In this document: piece after piece, positions 30,523-39,780 of the stretch | Layout of the letters: the number at the start of each line of letters is the position of its first letter | How positions within the stretch are numbered: the first letter of the stretch is position 1 | Source of the DNA: Candidatus Woesearchaeota archaeon | GTDB taxonomy: Archaea > Nanobdellota > Nanobdellia > Woesearchaeales > SKIA01 | Direction of reading: 5' to 3' | DNA: 64,000 nt | Assembly (NCBI GenBank): GCA_046704725.1 | Contig: JBJKRI010000006.1 | Span: 128,001 to 192,000 of the forward strand | Made by a program: the position numbers and the translations under genes | Notes under the pieces: generated by a model | What the model was told of the DNA's origin: nothing | Database searches by the model: none | What the model saw: only the letters and a program-made list of their open reading frames with translations

Positions 30523-30909
30523 ATGCAAACGCCAGGAGGAGTGCGAGCGGTCTCCATCTTCTATTGGGCGCTGTGCGCTGCGTGCGCGCTCGGCGCAATC
30601 GCGCTCTTCCTCACACGGCAGAGCGACTCGCTGGTCGGAGCGGCGCTCGGACCGGCCCTGATGCAAGCCGGAGCGTTCGTCGCGGTGCTCCTGCTCGTCT
30701 TCGCTGTCCTTTACGGCGCGCTCGCTTGGGGCTTGTGGCGCGCGCGGACGTGGGCGCACAGCATCACACTGATACTCACCGCGGTGCTCGGGCTGTTCTC
30801 CCTGGTGGGAGTCTTGCTCAGCCTGTGGCTAGACGTCGTCGGAGTCATCGTGAACGGCGTCATCTTCTGGTACATGGCGCAGCCGCGCACGCGGAGGACG
30901 TTCGCATGA
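30523..30909 (+). CDS. Small 4-TM membrane protein
   Basis: P.GV...GLWR.R.WA pattern; tandem paralog follows. Confidence 0.7.
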   Translation: MQTPGGVRAVSIFYWALCAACALGAIALFLTRQSDSLVGAALGPALMQAGAFVAVLLLVFAVLYGALAWGLWRARTWAHSITLILTAVLGLFSLVGVLLSLWLDVVGVIVNGVIFWYMAQPRTRRTFA

Positions 30910-31280
30910 AACGACCACCCATGGGCGTGCGACTGGTCACGTTCCTCCTCTTCCTGGACGCGCTGATCGCGGCGATCATCGGCCTGGCCGGCATGTGGGT
31001 CGGCCACCCATTGTTCTTCGTGACGTATGGCACGATGCAGCAGGCCAACCTGCTCGGATTCCTCTTCCTCGGCGCAGCGGCACTAGAGATCGCCGTCGGC
31101 GTGGGCGTGTACCGCCTGCGTGAATGGGCGTGGACGAGCGCCATCGGGCTGTCCCTGTTGGGCATCCTCGTGTCATTGCTCTGGCTGCTCGCGAGCAGCG
31201 CGCTCGGCGGCATCGTGCTGATCGGGTCGCTGCTTGTGCTGTATTACCTGTCGAACGAGCGCAAGCGCTTCACAACATAG
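30906..31280 (+). CDS. Small 4-TM membrane protein, paralog of the previous gene
   Basis: RPPMGV...GVYRLREWAW; ATGA overlap. Confidence 0.7.
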   Translation: MKRPPMGVRLVTFLLFLDALIAAIIGLAGMWVGHPLFFVTYGTMQQANLLGFLFLGAAALEIAVGVGVYRLREWAWTSAIGLSLLGILVSLLWLLASSALGGIVLIGSLLVLYYLSNERKRFTT

Positions 31281-31311
31281 GCTTTTTGTAGACAGGGCGC
31301 ATGGTCAAGTC

Positions 31312-32175
31312 ATGCAGCTCACACATCCCGATAAGATTCTTTTCCCGGAATCGGGCATCACGAAACGGGATGTCGCGGAATACTATGCGGGCGTCTCGCA
31401 CTCCATGCTCCCGTTTCTCGTGAAACGTCCCATCGCATTGCGGCGCTATCCGAAGGGCATCAGCGAGGAGGGGTTCTTCCAGAAGGAGGCGAGCGGCATC
31501 CCCGGCATCGGCACGGCAGCGGTACAGCACAGCGAAGGGGTGAAGAACTACGCCGTCCTCACGGGCGCGGAGGACCTCCAACGGTTGGTGGAGGAGGACG
31601 TCATCGAGCTGCACGCTTTCTTGAGCACCACCGCGCACCTGCACGTGCCTGACAGGATGGTCTTCGACCTGGACCCCTCGAAGATGGATGACTTCGGTTC
31701 AGTGCAGGACGGAGCGCGACGATTGAAGGAACTGCTCGAACGGCTCGGCGCGCACCCTCTCGTGAAGACGACGGGCGGCAAGGGACTGCACGTCATCGTC
31801 CCGCTGGTTCCCGAAGAGGACTTCGACGCGGTGCGTGAGTTTTCCAAAGCGCTCGCGAGGCGCATCCTCGAGCACGCACCCGAGCGCTTCACGCTCAAGT
31901 ACCGCAAGAACGCGCGCCATGGAAAAGTGCTGATCGACTGCTGGCGGAACGCGTTCGGACAGACCGCTGTCGCGCCGTACAGCGTTCGGGCTCGCCCGAG
32001 CGCTCCGGTGGCAGCACCGCTCACCTGGGAGGAAGCGCTCGACCCATCGTTCTCGCCGCAACGCTATACCGTCAGGAACATGCATGACCGGCTGCAGCGC
32101 GTGGGCGACGTGTGGAAAGGACAGGAGCGACCGGCTCGTCTGAAGACGATGCGGGACGCCTCTTGGGATCAATAG
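31312..32175 (+). CDS. ligD: Stand-alone LigD primase-polymerase domain (NHEJ)
   Basis: LTHPDKILFP, RYPKGI..FFQK, PDRMVFDLDP, KTTGGKGLH, APYSVRAR. Confidence 0.9.
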   Translation: MQLTHPDKILFPESGITKRDVAEYYAGVSHSMLPFLVKRPIALRRYPKGISEEGFFQKEASGIPGIGTAAVQHSEGVKNYAVLTGAEDLQRLVEEDVIELHAFLSTTAHLHVPDRMVFDLDPSKMDDFGSVQDGARRLKELLERLGAHPLVKTTGGKGLHVIVPLVPEEDFDAVREFSKALARRILEHAPERFTLKYRKNARHGKVLIDCWRNAFGQTAVAPYSVRARPSAPVAAPLTWEEALDPSFSPQRYTVRNMHDRLQRVGDVWKGQERPARLKTMRDASWDQ

Positions 32176-32669
32176 AATCTATCCTTCACGGGACTGTAGG
32201 TGTGGAAGACGCGCATGGCAGCGGCGATCACCGTGGTGTAAGCGCCCACGACCCCGTCGCGTTCGATGATATCCAGTTTCGTGCGCGCGACGAGATTGTC
32301 GAGCGCTTCCTCCGACCGCAGCCCGAGAAAGCGCATGATGGCCGACTCGTCATGGAACTCGGATGAGAACAGGTCATCCAGACGATCCGCGGGATAGTTG
32401 GGGAACCGCTCTCGGAGCAGCGCACGATACGTCGGGTCCTGCTTGGGGACCGCGAACGGGCCGAGCAGCGAGGTGCGGACGAGCGTGCGCACCGTTCCGG
32501 GATCGGCGCCAGTCACTTGCAACGCACCATGCTCTGGGTCAGAACGGACACGAGCGGACGGGTAGAGCCGGTGCAGGCGCCATGACAGGTCGCGCCCCAA
32601 GGCAGTGACATAACGCCCCGCCAGCGGATCATCTTCCGCTCCCATCCAGTACACCGCCACCGAACCCAT
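32169..32669 (-). CDS. Hypothetical protein
   Basis: ORF fills the gap between genes. Confidence 0.45.
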   Translation of the reverse strand: MGSVAVYWMGAEDDPLAGRYVTALGRDLSWRLHRLYPSARVRSDPEHGALQVTGADPGTVRTLVRTSLLGPFAVPKQDPTYRALLRERFPNYPADRLDDLFSSEFHDESAIMRFLGLRSEEALDNLVARTKLDIIERDGVVGAYTTVIAAAMRVFHTYSPVKDRFY

Positions 32670-32747
32670 GGAGAGGGCATGTCTTCCCCCGATAAAAATG
32701 AGCGTGCATAACATTTATATGGGGATTTCCGGTGATTATCCTGCTAG

Positions 32748-33044
32748 GTGACGCAAGCCACGATCCACGAGCTTTTCGTGTGGAAGCTCAGCAAGGAGTT
32801 GGCCAGGGATTATGACCGTGTGCGCACCAACGTCTTTCTCCACGATGACCGACGCGTCCTGGCGGAGATAGACGTGCTCGCCGAAAAAGACGGCGAGGTG
32901 CACGTGTACGAGGTCAAGAAGTCCTTGCGACCCACAAAGGCGCGCCTGCAGTTCCGCAAGATACGCAAGCACTTCGCGGGGGACATCGCGAAGTACTTCT
33001 TGTACGCGGCGGATGCGGACCGACTCCTCGAGCTCAGACCGTAG
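32748..33044 (+). CDS. Small PD-(D/E)XK nuclease-like protein
   Basis: EIDVLA...YEVK motif. Confidence 0.65.
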   Translation: MTQATIHELFVWKLSKELARDYDRVRTNVFLHDDRRVLAEIDVLAEKDGEVHVYEVKKSLRPTKARLQFRKIRKHFAGDIAKYFLYAADADRLLELRP

Positions 33045-33155
33045 CGCGTGACAGCGACAAGACCGCGCACCCCCAGAGGGAGCGCTCCCACTGGACATGC
33101 ACGCGCGCCGCGGTTATAAGCGCGCGCAGCCTTGAAGGCAGTGAGGTGATTCGAT

Positions 33156-33263
33156 ATGGATCTTTCGACCGAGACGATAGCGGACATCACGTTCAGACAG
33201 GTGCGCGGCGAGACGAGACGCGCAATGCAAGGCGTCTGGGAGGCGCGGGGGTGGACAGTATGA
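33156..33263 (+). CDS. Putative 35-aa microprotein
   Basis: GAGGTG RBS upstream; ATGA overlap with the next ORF. Confidence 0.35.
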   Translation: MDLSTETIADITFRQVRGETRRAMQGVWEARGWTV

Positions 33264-33358
33264 GTTTCTACGACTCCGAAGAGGTCGAGGAGGAGCTGTT
33301 CTGCGATGCGCTCGATGCGCATGAAGAAGGTTTCATGCGCGGGTACCTCGCCGCATAG
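33260..33358 (+). CDS. 32-aa acidic microprotein (EEGFxxGY family)
   Basis: MSFYDSEEVEEELFCDALDAHEEGFMRGYLAA. Confidence 0.55.
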   Translation: MSFYDSEEVEEELFCDALDAHEEGFMRGYLAA

Positions 33359-33404
33359 CGGCTCGTTTCATTCCCTTTTTATACATCCTCGTTCTCACTG
33401 CGAT

Positions 33405-33959
33405 ATGCAGGTGCGACGGGAGGACGTGGAGATGCAGGAACGCCACTTCCTGCCGCTCCTCAAACGATCATTGTTCATCCATCCCACAGATACGTTCTAC
33501 GGCATCGGCTGCGACGCGACGGATGCCCGGCTCGTGATGCGCTTGCGCGTGCTCAAACGCTGGCAGACACAACCGTTCACCGTCATCGCCCCGAGCGTGG
33601 ACTGGGTGATCGAGAACATGGACGTCCCGTCCGACGTGGCCAAGCACTTCCCCGGACCGGTGACGGTCATCGCGCGCGCCAAGAACCCTGATTGCGTCTG
33701 CGAGGACGTGCATCTCGGCTCGAAGACGTTCGGTGTTCGCATCCCGAACCACTGGATCGCCGACATCGTCGCGAAGCTGGGGATACCCGTCGTGTCGAGT
33801 TGCGCGAACAAGCGCGCCGAAGATCTCATGACGAGCCTGGAGAACGCGGACAAGGAACTCGTGGAAGCGGCGGAGGTCGTATTGCACGAAGGGCCCAAGC
33901 GAGGGCGCGCGGCGCTTTTCATCGACTACACGGAAGGCGCGCAAATCATCACGGAGTAG
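33405..33959 (+). CDS. Sua5/YrdC/TsaC threonylcarbamoyl-AMP synthase family
   Basis: PTDTFYGIGCDA, PGPVT, GVRIP, S.AN. Confidence 0.85.
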   Translation: MQVRREDVEMQERHFLPLLKRSLFIHPTDTFYGIGCDATDARLVMRLRVLKRWQTQPFTVIAPSVDWVIENMDVPSDVAKHFPGPVTVIARAKNPDCVCEDVHLGSKTFGVRIPNHWIADIVAKLGIPVVSSCANKRAEDLMTSLENADKELVEAAEVVLHEGPKRGRAALFIDYTEGAQIITE

Positions 33960-35874
33960 ACCAGTGTTGCACGAGCAGCACGAGGTCGAAGATGTTCACC
34001 GTGCCGTCTCCATTCAAGTCCGCTCCTGCAGTGTAGCCGCTCGTCTTATGCAGGTTCTCGACCTCCAAGACGAGGTCCTGCAAGTCGACCTTCCCGTCGC
34101 CGGTCAGGTCGCCCGGCGAGGCGGCGGTGTTGTAACCGACCTCGGTCAGCCACATCACGGACGGATACCCGGAACTGCCCTGGTCCGCCGGCTGATAGAG
34201 CCTGAATATCGTGGCGTTCGCCGGCGGGAACGTGACATTCGAGCGCGCGACATCGCCAGAGTAGAGCACCGTTGTCACATTCGAGAAAGCGGTGCCGTTC
34301 CAATATTGCACGACGATGTGCTGGGAGGTCATGTAGGATGACAGCCTCGAATTATACGCCCAATCGATCGTGAAAGCGTGCAACACGGTCGGGGCAGGAA
34401 AAGTGAATTCGATCCAGTGCGGAGAGGTCGTGCTCTCGGCCGACGCCCAAGTAGTGGCCGTGCCTCCTGTCGCATTGATGACGCTGTCATGGATGACCGC
34501 GGACGAGTAGCCCGCGTAGGTACTGTCCACCGACACGACGAGCGACGACGACGGGGCCGACACAGAGAAGGATACGGGATAATCAGTGGGGTCCACGTTG
34601 CCGGACGAGTCGTTGCAGCGCACGTTATAGGAGTATGACGCGCCGTCCTGCAGACCTGTCAACGCGGCAGTGTGATGGATGCCGTCGGTCGTGGAGAAAG
34701 CGTCGGTCATGGATGCGTACGGGGTCCCCGATGAGACGCTGTACCTGCATGTCGCGTTCTCGTTCGTCTGCACCGAGAGCGTCGCGTTGGTCGTGCCTGA
34801 CGGAAGCGGTCCGGAGGGAGAGCCCGCAGAGACGACGGGCGGGGTCGTGCCGGTCGTATTCGGAGCGGGTCCACAGCTGATGTACTGGGTGCTGACCGCG
34901 ACGTCGTCGAACCAGATCCGGTTGCTGTACGTCACTTCACCAGCTGGGATGTAGTGCTGGAGCCACGCCTTGTTGAGTCCGACGTCGGAGGTGTCTCTGA
35001 ACGCGATGCCTGTGTGGGTATCCATGAGCTGGCCGTTGAGCCAGAACTGCATGACCGAATCGTTCTTGCCCGGCGTGTTGAGCTTGAGGTGCAGTTCCAG
35101 GCATTCCCACGGTCCCTCCGGCAAGGTCACGGCCGGCGAAGGATGGAAGACGTTGCCCCAGCAGCACTCGGGACCGTTCGTGCACGCCAAGCCGCGAGAA
35201 GCACATTGGGTGCAGATGTTCTGGACGTACGAGCCGCTGCAATACCAGTTCGGATCGTACTGGACCTCACCTGGATCGCAGTGCATCGCTGGGAAATAAG
35301 TGTACCAGAACAGGCTCCCGGCGCTGTCCATGTCGAGGGTCGTTCCGACGGACAAATTGCCTGTCGGTCGGCAGCCGGCCGTGCCTTCGCTGTTCCAGTA
35401 GCCGTCAGGGGTCGTCCCGCCGATGGAAAGGAAGTGATGGACATGCTGGTGGTCCGGCGCGAGCTTCACCCACGTCCGGAAGTACAGCTCGTCGTGATTG
35501 AGGAGATTGCAACCCTGCTGCTTGGTGCCATTGCAGTCGCGCCAGGTGAGCGACGCCCCTTGATAACCGGCGGAAGCAGCCGCCGGCATATACAAGGACC
35601 ACTGCCCGTCGTGCGACTCGTTGTCCACGAGCTGAATCTGACCAGGGATATTGCCGCTCGCGTTGCAGCCGAGGCATTCCACCCAGGGCGACTGGGCGAA
35701 CCAGGCGTTCCAGCCGAGGCTGCCGTTCTCGAAATCCTCGCACATCAGATATCCTGGCTGCGGGTGCGCGCAATCCAGCATGGCTTGGTCACTGACACTT
35801 GTGGGAGCGCTGGAGGCTGCGGTGGCCAGCGCGCAGAAAAGCACAGCCACCAACCCATACACGATGAGGCGCAT
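33949..35874 (-). CDS. Secreted polysaccharide-lyase-like/ConA-fold protein with C-terminal dockerin-like domain
   Basis: Signal peptide; CEDFE; W.CLE.HLKLNTPG..D....W.NG; IWFDDVAVS; GDLTGDGKVD...DLNGDGTVNIFD. Confidence 0.7.
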   Translation of the reverse strand: MRLIVYGLVAVLFCALATAASSAPTSVSDQAMLDCAHPQPGYLMCEDFENGSLGWNAWFAQSPWVECLGCNASGNIPGQIQLVDNESHDGQWSLYMPAAASAGYQGASLTWRDCNGTKQQGCNLLNHDELYFRTWVKLAPDHQHVHHFLSIGGTTPDGYWNSEGTAGCRPTGNLSVGTTLDMDSAGSLFWYTYFPAMHCDPGEVQYDPNWYCSGSYVQNICTQCASRGLACTNGPECCWGNVFHPSPAVTLPEGPWECLELHLKLNTPGKNDSVMQFWLNGQLMDTHTGIAFRDTSDVGLNKAWLQHYIPAGEVTYSNRIWFDDVAVSTQYISCGPAPNTTGTTPPVVSAGSPSGPLPSGTTNATLSVQTNENATCRYSVSSGTPYASMTDAFSTTDGIHHTAALTGLQDGASYSYNVRCNDSSGNVDPTDYPVSFSVSAPSSSLVVSVDSTYAGYSSAVIHDSVINATGGTATTWASAESTTSPHWIEFTFPAPTVLHAFTIDWAYNSRLSSYMTSQHIVVQYWNGTAFSNVTTVLYSGDVARSNVTFPPANATIFRLYQPADQGSSGYPSVMWLTEVGYNTAASPGDLTGDGKVDLQDLVLEVENLHKTSGYTAGADLNGDGTVNIFDLVLLVQHWSTP

Positions 35875-35938
35875 ATGAGTGCTTGCGCGAGGGGCTAATT
35901 AAGGTTTATGCGCCTGTAATTTCGATTATGATGAAGGA

Positions 35939-37369
35939 TCAGCCCTTCAGCACGCCCAAAGGCACCAAGCGCACGACAGGACGTGCGATGCCTGCCTGCT
36001 CCGTCACGCGGATGACCTCGTCCACATCCTTGTAGACCATCGGGGCCTCCTCGGCCACGCCTTTCATGGAGGCCGCCTTGACATGGATGTGGCGTTGGAG
36101 GAGATCCTTAGTCACCTGCTGTCCATGGAAACGCTTCTTGGCCTGTGTGCGCGACATCAAGCGACCGGCGCCGTGCGCCGAGGAGCCGAACGTCTCGCTC
36201 ATGGCCTTTTCCGTGCCGATGAGGATGTAGGAGGCCGTTCCCATGGAACCAGGGATGAGGACGGGCTGGCCGAACGAGCGGTACACCCCGGGCACCTCCT
36301 CTCGCCCTGCAGGAAAAGCGCGCGTCGCGCCCTTGCGATGGACGAAGACATCCACCTTTTTGCCGTCGACCACGTGGGTCTCGCGCTTGGCGATGTTGTG
36401 CGCGATATCATAGACCTGCTTGACAGAGCAGCCCGGGAACAATCGGGAGAAGGCCTTCCGCACCTGGTGCGCGATGACCTGCCGGTTGCAGAAGGCGAAG
36501 TTCGCCGCGGCCCGCATCGCGCCGAGATAGTCATTGGCGACCGTCGAGGACAGGGGCGCGTAGGCGAGATTCTTCTCCGGCAACGCAGCCATGATATCGG
36601 GGAAGGTACGCTCGATCTCACGCAGATAGTCCGTGCAGACCTGATGGCCCATACCGCGGCTGCCGCAATGGATCATGACGCAGACCTGGCCCTCGTGCGT
36701 GATGCCGAAGGCCCTCGCTGCTTCCTTGTCCTGGATGCTCTCGACGACCTGCACCTCTAGGAAATGATTGCCCGCGCCCAGAGTGCCGAGCTGGTTCATG
36801 CCACGTCCCTTCGCACGGTCGGAGACCTTGGCAGGGTCGGACGCGTCGAAACGGCCGTTCTCCTCCGTGCGCTCGATATCCTGCTCGGTCGCGAAACCAT
36901 GGGAGAGCGCCCAACCGCTTCCTTCTCGAAGCACCTCATCGAGCTCCTGCCTGGAGAGACGGATACTGCTCTTGACGCCCACGCCGACCGGAACGGACTG
37001 GGCGAGGAGCTCGAGCAGGGCTTCGATGCGCTCCTCCACGACATCCGCATCAAGGTCGGTCGCGAGGACGCGCACGCCACAATTGATGTCGAAGCCGATC
37101 GCTCCAGGTGAGACGATGCCGTCCTTCGCGTCGAAGGCGGCGACGCCTCCGACCGTGAAGCCGTAGCCCACGTGCATATCGGGCATGCCGAGAGCGGCGC
37201 CCACGACACCAGGCAGGCCAGCGGCGTTCTCCACCTGCTGGACGGCAGAATCCTCGACCATATCATGGAGCTTCTCAGACAAAAAGAGCTTTCCCGGAAC
37301 ACGCATCTTCCCGCTCTTCGGGAGGACATACGTGACATCGGATGTCTTTTTGAGCCGCTCTTTCGCCAT
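35939..37369 (-). CDS. rtcB: RNA-splicing ligase RtcB
   Basis: MPDMHVGYG, DINCGVR, GNHFLE, HRKGAT, PGSMG, HGAGR. Confidence 0.97.
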   Translation of the reverse strand: MAKERLKKTSDVTYVLPKSGKMRVPGKLFLSEKLHDMVEDSAVQQVENAAGLPGVVGAALGMPDMHVGYGFTVGGVAAFDAKDGIVSPGAIGFDINCGVRVLATDLDADVVEERIEALLELLAQSVPVGVGVKSSIRLSRQELDEVLREGSGWALSHGFATEQDIERTEENGRFDASDPAKVSDRAKGRGMNQLGTLGAGNHFLEVQVVESIQDKEAARAFGITHEGQVCVMIHCGSRGMGHQVCTDYLREIERTFPDIMAALPEKNLAYAPLSSTVANDYLGAMRAAANFAFCNRQVIAHQVRKAFSRLFPGCSVKQVYDIAHNIAKRETHVVDGKKVDVFVHRKGATRAFPAGREEVPGVYRSFGQPVLIPGSMGTASYILIGTEKAMSETFGSSAHGAGRLMSRTQAKKRFHGQQVTKDLLQRHIHVKAASMKGVAEEAPMVYKDVDEVIRVTEQAGIARPVVRLVPLGVLKG

Positions 37370-37403
37370 TAACCGCCCGCAATGGCCGGTCGTTTAAAAA
37401 ATG

Positions 37404-37811
37404 TCAGATATCGAGCGTCACTCGTACGAGGCAGGGCGTTCCCTCCTCGACGCGCATGTCGTGGTACGTCGGCGCTTTGACATCACCATGGCGGGCGTAG
37501 CGCGCAGCGTCATCACCAGAGAGCTTCCCGGAGAGGTTCCAATCCTTGTTGTGCGTGATCCGCAGGTCCGCCGAGGAGACGAAAAGACCCTCGGTGTCCA
37601 AGAGCACGATGAGCTCGGAGAGATAGTCGAAGAACAACGCCTCCTTGCTCTCGGCGCGTATCAGGATAGGGACGCTGCGCTCCGCCCGGACATCCTCATC
37701 CGTCATTACATGCGTGAGCGCCTTGGCCGCTTCGGAGAACGCCTCTGCGAGGGTTTCCCCGGTGGCCTCGAACTTCACCTCCGCGGTGTGCGGGAGATAG
37801 CGATAGGGCAT
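37404..37811 (-). CDS. Archease
   Basis: HTAEV...VKAPTYH...LDI; adjacent to rtcB. Confidence 0.92.
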   Translation of the reverse strand: MPYRYLPHTAEVKFEATGETLAEAFSEAAKALTHVMTDEDVRAERSVPILIRAESKEALFFDYLSELIVLLDTEGLFVSSADLRITHNKDWNLSGKLSGDDAARYARHGDVKAPTYHDMRVEEGTPCLVRVTLDI

Positions 37812-38023
37812 CAGTAGGGCTCGATGCGCACATCAGTGCGCTCGGGAGCGGGGGCCGGCTCGCTTTCCGTGTCGAACATGTTGAGCATGCCGGGGCTCGG
37901 CTCGACAGGCTCTGAGCGGACGGGCTCAGGATAGGCAGAGTCGCCGGCGAGGCGTCGGAGGAAATCGGCCGCCTGACGCAGGCGCTGCGCCGAGTCCTTC
38001 TCGGTGTCGATGGTGAGTATCAT
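37811..38023 (-). CDS. Small hypothetical protein
   Basis: Translationally coupled to archease; TTTTATATA about 25 nt upstream. Confidence 0.65.
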   Translation of the reverse strand: MILTIDTEKDSAQRLRQAADFLRRLAGDSAYPEPVRSEPVEPSPGMLNMFDTESEPAPAPERTDVRIEPY

Positions 38024-38146
38024 GTCCGGAAAGCGGCGAGACTGCTATATAAAACCGCCGCGGGGCCGGACAAACGCCCGGAAGTCAGGCGGTATTCCCG
38101 CCCCGAAGGAACAAGGCATCTAAACCGCGCGTGCACCAACGCATGC

Positions 38147-39289
38147 ATGAAACACCTCATCATCCTCGCGCTGCTCGTGCTGCCACTGGTGGCCGCGGTG
38201 CGCATCGACATGATCTATCCGGACGCGTTCAACGAGAGCGGCAGCGAATTCGTACTGCTCAACAACACCGGCGACGCCGTGAACGTGGACGGCTGGCACC
38301 TCGCGACAGCGACGTCAGACACGGACGCGACGCTCAGCGGAACGATACCTGCGAACAGCACGTACCTGATGGCGGATGCCGGCTGGAGCACGGGAAAAGA
38401 CGACAGCGCATGGCCGGACGCCGACCATGAGGAGACCTTGACGATGCCGAACAGCGCGGGCTTCGTGCAGCTTTTCGACGCGGACGGGAACGTCGTGGAC
38501 ACGGTGGGCTACGGGGACGCGCAGCGCTTCGACGGGACACCAGCAGCGGCTCCGGACGAGGGATTCGCCCTGGTGCGCGTCAACGACACGGGGAACAACA
38601 GCGCCGACTTCGTGGCGGAAAAGCCGCGGTTCAGCATGACAGGAGGAGAGAGCGGCGCGACGATACTCGTTGTGAACGTGACCGACAGCGCCCCCCACAT
38701 CACGGACGTGTCGCTGGCCGACGCCGCCCCGGAACCGGGCATACAGGCCCTCGATATCTCGAACAGCACGATCACCGTGAACGTGACAGTGGTGGACGAC
38801 AACGGTCTTGGGAACCTGACCGTCACGGCGGGCGGAATCGCCCTCACTCTGCAGGAAGGCGTCTGGACCGGCTATTGCCATATCGAGAACGGCAGCTGCC
38901 ATATCGTGGCGGACGACGGGACGCTCCAGGATGCGACGGACATATCCGTTGAGCTCCTGCCGGCAGTGAGCATCGACGTGCAGCAGACGCTCGCGCTCAA
39001 GACGGAAGCGGGCGTCCCCGCGAACGGGACGATCATCGTGCGCAACACGGGCGGTCTACCGGTGGACATCCAGGTCGGCGGCACGGTGCCCGCGCTCGGA
39101 CAGACGGTCGTCGGCCAGGTGCAGTATGGACTGTTCGGAGAGGAATTCCCGTTGACGGACAGCTTCCGCGGCCACGCCGTCAACCTCACGCCAGGAAGCG
39201 ACCTTGCCATCGACGTGCAGGTGACGCCCGGAGCGGTCGGTGCGGGCACGTACCTCGGACGGCTCGTGGTGGTGGCCGTCGCGCGATGA
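38147..39289 (+). CDS. Secreted lamin-tail-domain protein
   Basis: EFVLLNNTG.AVNVDGW.L...VVDTVGYG...DTGNNSADF. Confidence 0.8.
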   Translation: MKHLIILALLVLPLVAAVRIDMIYPDAFNESGSEFVLLNNTGDAVNVDGWHLATATSDTDATLSGTIPANSTYLMADAGWSTGKDDSAWPDADHEETLTMPNSAGFVQLFDADGNVVDTVGYGDAQRFDGTPAAAPDEGFALVRVNDTGNNSADFVAEKPRFSMTGGESGATILVVNVTDSAPHITDVSLADAAPEPGIQALDISNSTITVNVTVVDDNGLGNLTVTAGGIALTLQEGVWTGYCHIENGSCHIVADDGTLQDATDISVELLPAVSIDVQQTLALKTEAGVPANGTIIVRNTGGLPVDIQVGGTVPALGQTVVGQVQYGLFGEEFPLTDSFRGHAVNLTPGSDLAIDVQVTPGAVGAGTYLGRLVVVAVAR

Positions 39290-39780
39290 TCGCGCTCTTG
39301 CTGCTCGCGGTGCATCCTGCGATGCTCAACCTCACCGCGGCGCCAGGAGCGCTCGTGGACGTACCGCTCACGATCCAGGGAGAAGGGAAGTACTCCATCG
39401 TCGGGGGCGGCTCGCTGAGCGGCAGCGAGGACCGGACGATCACCGGAGTCTCCCGTCAGGAAGCGCAGCTGCGCGTCAGGCCAGACACCCCTCCAGGTCT
39501 AGGGACAGGATACGTCTATATCATCCCCAAAGGCGGAGACATGGCCGCAGGGGTCGGTGTTAGGGTGAATCTCAATATCACGCCCGCGACAGGGACGTCG
39601 AGCATCGTTCCGGGGACAGCGCACCTGTTGCTGTCGACACCCCCGGCAGCGCTCGCAGGGGGTGGGGCATTGCTCGTCGCGGGAGCGTTGTTCGGGACGG
39701 GAGCGATCAGGATCTCGAAAGGAAACGGGAAGCGTTCTCCCAGAGCAGGCGGGCGCACTCCTCCTCCGACAATCCCTTGA
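39286..39780 (+). CDS. Secreted or membrane-anchored hypothetical protein
   Basis: ATGA overlap with upstream gene; C-terminal hydrophobic segment. Confidence 0.55.
   Translation: MIALLLLAVHPAMLNLTAAPGALVDVPLTIQGEGKYSIVGGGSLSGSEDRTITGVSRQEAQLRVRPDTPPGLGTGYVYIIPKGGDMAAGVGVRVNLNITPATGTSSIVPGTAHLLLSTPPAALAGGGALLVAGALFGTGAIRISKGNGKRSPRAGGRTPPPTIP

Noticed and set aside
38056-38110. GC-rich foldable intergenic stretch as an ncRNA or riboswitch
   Set aside because: Only short stems in GC-rich DNA and no recognisable family motif; the nearby TATA fits the minus-strand gene
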